NCBI RefSeq assembly: GCF_001194135.2
Contig: NC_068998.1
Coordinates: 32,728,146-32,792,145, forward strand
DNA: 64,000 nucleotides
Direction: 5' to 3'
Source of the DNA: Octopus bimaculoides
Lineage: Eukaryota
Below, piece after piece: positions 60,128 through 64,000 of the stretch (the stretch's first letter is position 1; each line of letters begins with the position of its first letter). A program made the translations under genes and the position numbers. The notes beneath the pieces were generated by a model. The model worked only from the letters and a program-made list of their open reading frames with translations, ran no database searches and was not told the DNA's origin.

Positions 60128-62526
60128 TATTATTATTGAGAGCCTCCTCTGATATGTGACATTTGAAGAATAAGGGAGTTTGATATCACTGCCCTCATTT
60201 GTGACTCCTGCTGTGATGTAGGTTCATTGGGAACTCGTAACAGGAAGAGATCCAGTTTTGATTTGAAAACACCTACATCCACTTTGTATAGGTCCCTCAG
60301 GTTCTTTGGGAGCATATTAAAAAGGTGTGGGCCCCTGAAGCCCAAGCTGTTGCAGTAACTAGTTCTGAAGCACAATGGCATTACTGGGATCTTTGGCACT
60401 GTGCAGTGTTGACTCATCCTGGAATTTGTATAGCCTTCAATGCCAAAATTTAGTACAATCCCTTCCAGGATCTTCCTGATGGATATTACTGTATATCTCT
60501 CCAGCCTTTACTCTAGGGAGTAGAGATTAACTTTTCCAGTAGTTGAGCTGTTGCAATGAGATGATCTTCTTTGTGAAGCTTTGCTGGATTGCCTCAAGGT
60601 CTACCACTAATTTTACACTGTGGAGTGACCATAGCGGGGAGCAGTAGTCCAGGTGGCTGAGGATGAATGTCCTCCAGAGGACCACATTGGTTTCCTTCTC
60701 TCTGGTTCTGAAGGTTCTCAGGATCCAGCCAGTCAGCCAGCTGTTTGTACTTTGTCACCATCTTGGTAATGTGCACTTGGAAAGAGGTATTATCACTCAT
60801 GTCAGTACCTAGGTCCTGCACTGATTTAGGTTCTGGGAATGTAATCCCATGAGGGCCAGTGTAACCTGTGAGTTTTACATTCAGCTTTGGGTGATGGTAG
60901 CACAGGATTTGGAACTTTCCAGCATTAAACTGCATGTTATTGTTCTCAACCCATCTGTAAATTGAGTTCAACTCCTGCTGCAGGCGTGCAACATTGCTCA
61001 GGTTTTGTATTTTCTGTAAGACTTTCGTGTCATCTGCGCACCTAGCAAGGGTGGCTATCCATGCAGCTGAGGGCATATCTGAGAGGGCCACTATGAATAG
61101 CAGTCACTATTTGTTTTCTTTGTTTTCTTTGAGGTGGCTCCATTGGCCACCATTGCCTGACTTCTATCTTTCGGAAAGTCATGTAACCACTCTCCAAGTT
61201 TACCAGCCATGCTAAGATCAAGCAGTTTGTCATATATCATACTATGATCAACTTTATCAAAAGCTTTTGCAAAGTCAGGGTATATTACATCCACATTTGA
61301 GTTGTCAAGTAAATGCCTGAACACCCAGTCATAGCGTTGTAGGAACTGGGCCAGGCAGCTCCTACCTGGTCAAAAAACCATGCTGGGTATTACTCAGCAA
61401 GTTGTTTTCTTCAAAGAATGCGATTAGTTTCCCTCTGACTATTCATTCCATGATTTGCTGATGTGTGAAGTCAGAGAGATAGACCTATAATTTTTGGCAT
61501 CTGCTCTGCTTCCTCCTTTATGGATTGGGCATATTATTCCCGCCTTCAATTTGCTTGGCAGCTTGCCATTTGCAAGAAATCTCTGAAAGAGAATCTGTAG
61601 TGGTTTTGCCAAGGTACATTTACAAAATTTGAAGAGGACTGCTTGGAAACCATCAGGGCCAGCAGTTGAGTCTGTGTCCACCTCATCTATGGTTAGTATT
61701 ATATCTTCTTTGCTAATGTTGATGTAATCCATCGTAACTGCCTCACTGGTTATAGGTGAGGTGGCAAAGAAATCCATTGGTTCGTTCCCTTGTCTGTGTT
61801 CCAACAGGCTGGTAAAGACACTTTTGAAATGGTCATTCAGTACCTCACTGATCTTGCTGGTTTATCTGTGAGGGAGCCTTCCTTCTAGAAGGGTGGGGGT
61901 CCTATTTTGAAGCATACTGAGGCTGTTTCTTTTGGCATAATGAAAGAAGGCCTTAGGGTTTGATTTGATGTTTTCTATAACCCAGGCCTCTTTGTTTGCT
62001 CTCTCCTTTACATAGGGAATGTTGCAGGCTTTTTTCAATCTCCATCAGTGTTGTTTTTAGGTGCGACTTTCACCACTTTTGGAATATTGGTTGAAGTGAT
62101 TTGCAACTTTCATCTATTGTCTCATGTGGATCTTCCTCTCCCTTGGAAGCTTGTTCCATTTTGTGTTGGCCTTGTGCTCTGGGACATATTTCTGGCATAT
62201 GACTTGCTTAACACAGACATGAAATATTGTAGTTTCATGCTAATGTCTGATGTAGAGAGACATTTCTGCCAGTCCTGTATGAGGATCTCTTTTTGGATTG
62301 ATTTCTAGTCTGCTTTGTGGAAGTTGAGATTGGAGAGAATTTGGGTGCTTCCTTTAGGCTGTATGTCGCTGGTTACTTTTGGTCCATACACAGACAGCTC
62401 TACTATGTTGTGATCTAAAACTAATGTTGGTGTCACTTTCACATTATGAACAATATCCATATTGTTTGTGAAGCAGAGATCCAATATGATATTCACCCTG
62501 GTTGGTTGGAGCACAGTTTGCTCCAT
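60128..62526 (-). mobile_element. CR1/L2-group LINE, 5'-truncated (APE C-terminus, RT, 3' (TAA)n tail)
   Basis: PTR.N.ILDLCFTN..DHN; GPDG; PIHKGG..KNYRSISLTS; DFAKAFDKVDH; ADDTK; WVENNNMQFN. Contains frameshifts. Confidence 0.9.
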
Positions 62527-62834
62527 GAATATAATAATTATTATATAACTGAATAATAACTATTATAATAATTTGTACATTGATCAAATTACATAAATTC
62601 TATAATGGAAAAGTAATGTTTCAAATCCACTCAAAAGTCAGTTTACACTTGTTCATTTTGGCAATGAGAGAATGTTCAAAGCATTTTCATTGCCCCTACA
62701 AAAGTTTAGTGGGTGTACACCTCTTGCAACCCTCTGTTCCCAAGCCTATGATAGTCTAGTGTGGTATTAGGGCTGATAAATAGTTATCGATGAATAACAT
62801 TTGGTGGGCTGTTTTACTTTCATAATGACCACAC

Positions 62835-63045
62835 TGATATTGGTTTCAGCAATTTTGGAGAATGAGATAACTTAATTATATTGAACTCAATACTTAACTG
62901 GTTCTTTATTTTATCAACTCCAAAGTGACTAAAGACAAATTTGGCCCCAGCAGAATATCAGCTCAGAACATAGAGGGAGCTGGAGAAATGATATTAAACA
63001 TTTTATCTAATATGCTAACAATTCTCCCAGCCTGCTGCCTTTGAC
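62835..63045 (-). mobile_element. SINE family B (old)
   Basis: ttaactggttctttattttatcaactcc..gctcagaacat..ccagcctgctgcc. Confidence 0.6.
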
Positions 63046-63562
63046 CACGCTAACAATGGTATTGATTCTCATACATTTTCATTAACCTGGAATATCTGCA
63101 TTCATATATGTATATACATCATTTAGATAAATTGAACAGCATTCCCAAGATATTGAATAGAATAAGTACAAGTTTTCATGGCGTAACATGCCGAATAATT
63201 TTATGAAGACAGTTCGCAATTATTGAGAGCAAATTAAGTAGAAAGTATGAGAATACCAATCACAAAGCTGATTGGAATAGCTTTGAGTAGCATCTGTCTG
63301 GGAATTCAAAATTCCAATTTTTATAATAAGTTTTTAGAGAGTCAACTAGATTATTTGGCAGGAAGATTTCAGCTCACTTGGTTGCACACAAGCTGATGTG
63401 ATTAGCTGAGCCATGTTAGCGAAGGTGTTAATGTCTTTTATAGTAAACAGTAAATATTCCATAATTAGCATTGTATTTTGTGGCAGTTTGGTAGACAATG
63501 ACCTTGAGTTGAGTAACATGAGCACAATGGTTCAAAACTCAGCAGGAGCCTTGCTATATCAG

Positions 63563-63593
<31 letters not shown>

Positions 63594-63680
63594 TAATACA
63601 TATTTTTATTACATATATGTGTATATATATATATGTATATACAGACATACATACAGATATATATACATATATATATATAT

Positions 63681-63720
<40 letters not shown>

Positions 63721-63789
63721 AAAAGTAAATGAGTATATGCATATATACGTACAGGTATGTGCATACCGACATCCACCTGTATGTATAGG

Positions 63790-64000
63790 TGCATATCTGG
63801 GTACAGGACATTGCAAACAAACGTAGACGAGAACACACGAGCCACATAGAGAACATTCTACTTCTTCAGCTACCCACGTTTTAACACCGGCGTTTCGACG
63901 AGCTTCGGGCAGGACGCAACGTTAAAACGGCTCGTCCCATGGATCGCAGATTAAATCTGTATACGCAAATTTAATCTAGCCATGGAGGAATGTAGTGGCG
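63790..64000. mobile_element. CpG-rich repeat terminus (possibly Penelope-like), running off the window
   Basis: Abrupt GC/CpG-rich sequence after (TA)n, containing cgtttcg and ttcttcag motifs and internal inverted repeats. Confidence 0.35.

Noticed and set aside
32-63856. Numerous CVCV/YIYI/HTHT/SLSL ORFs
   Set aside because: These are translations of dinucleotide and tetranucleotide microsatellites.

Overview
This is eukaryotic, AT-rich, microsatellite-saturated DNA from a gapped draft assembly with 9 N-runs. The repeat families resemble those of octopus genomes (my recognition, not a database match). Most of the window is transposon debris: two abundant tRNA-like SINE families (called A and B here), RTE-clade LINEs, many R4/Dong-clade LINE pieces (one near full length), a CR1-group LINE, three mariner remnants (one with both TIRs), a Merlin (IS1595/ISXO2-like) element with ~115-bp TIRs, a Helitron, hAT and piggyBac MITEs, and Penelope-like termini. 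No known host gene is recognisable. However, five short plus-strand exon candidates (4.8-18.8 kb) splice in frame into the C-terminus of a putative membrane protein. Highlights: (1) an apparently intact type I hammerhead ribozyme (54602-54648) inside a ~300-bp partial tandem repeat, like a retrozyme or Penelope pseudo-LTR, plus several decayed hammerheads; (2) five R4/Dong 3' ends sitting tail-to-tail against opposite-strand SINE-B copies; (3) a PHD finger just after the YADD motif of an RTE reverse transcriptase. Almost all long ORFs in the supplied track are N-gap or microsatellite artefacts. Boundaries of decayed repeats are approximate.
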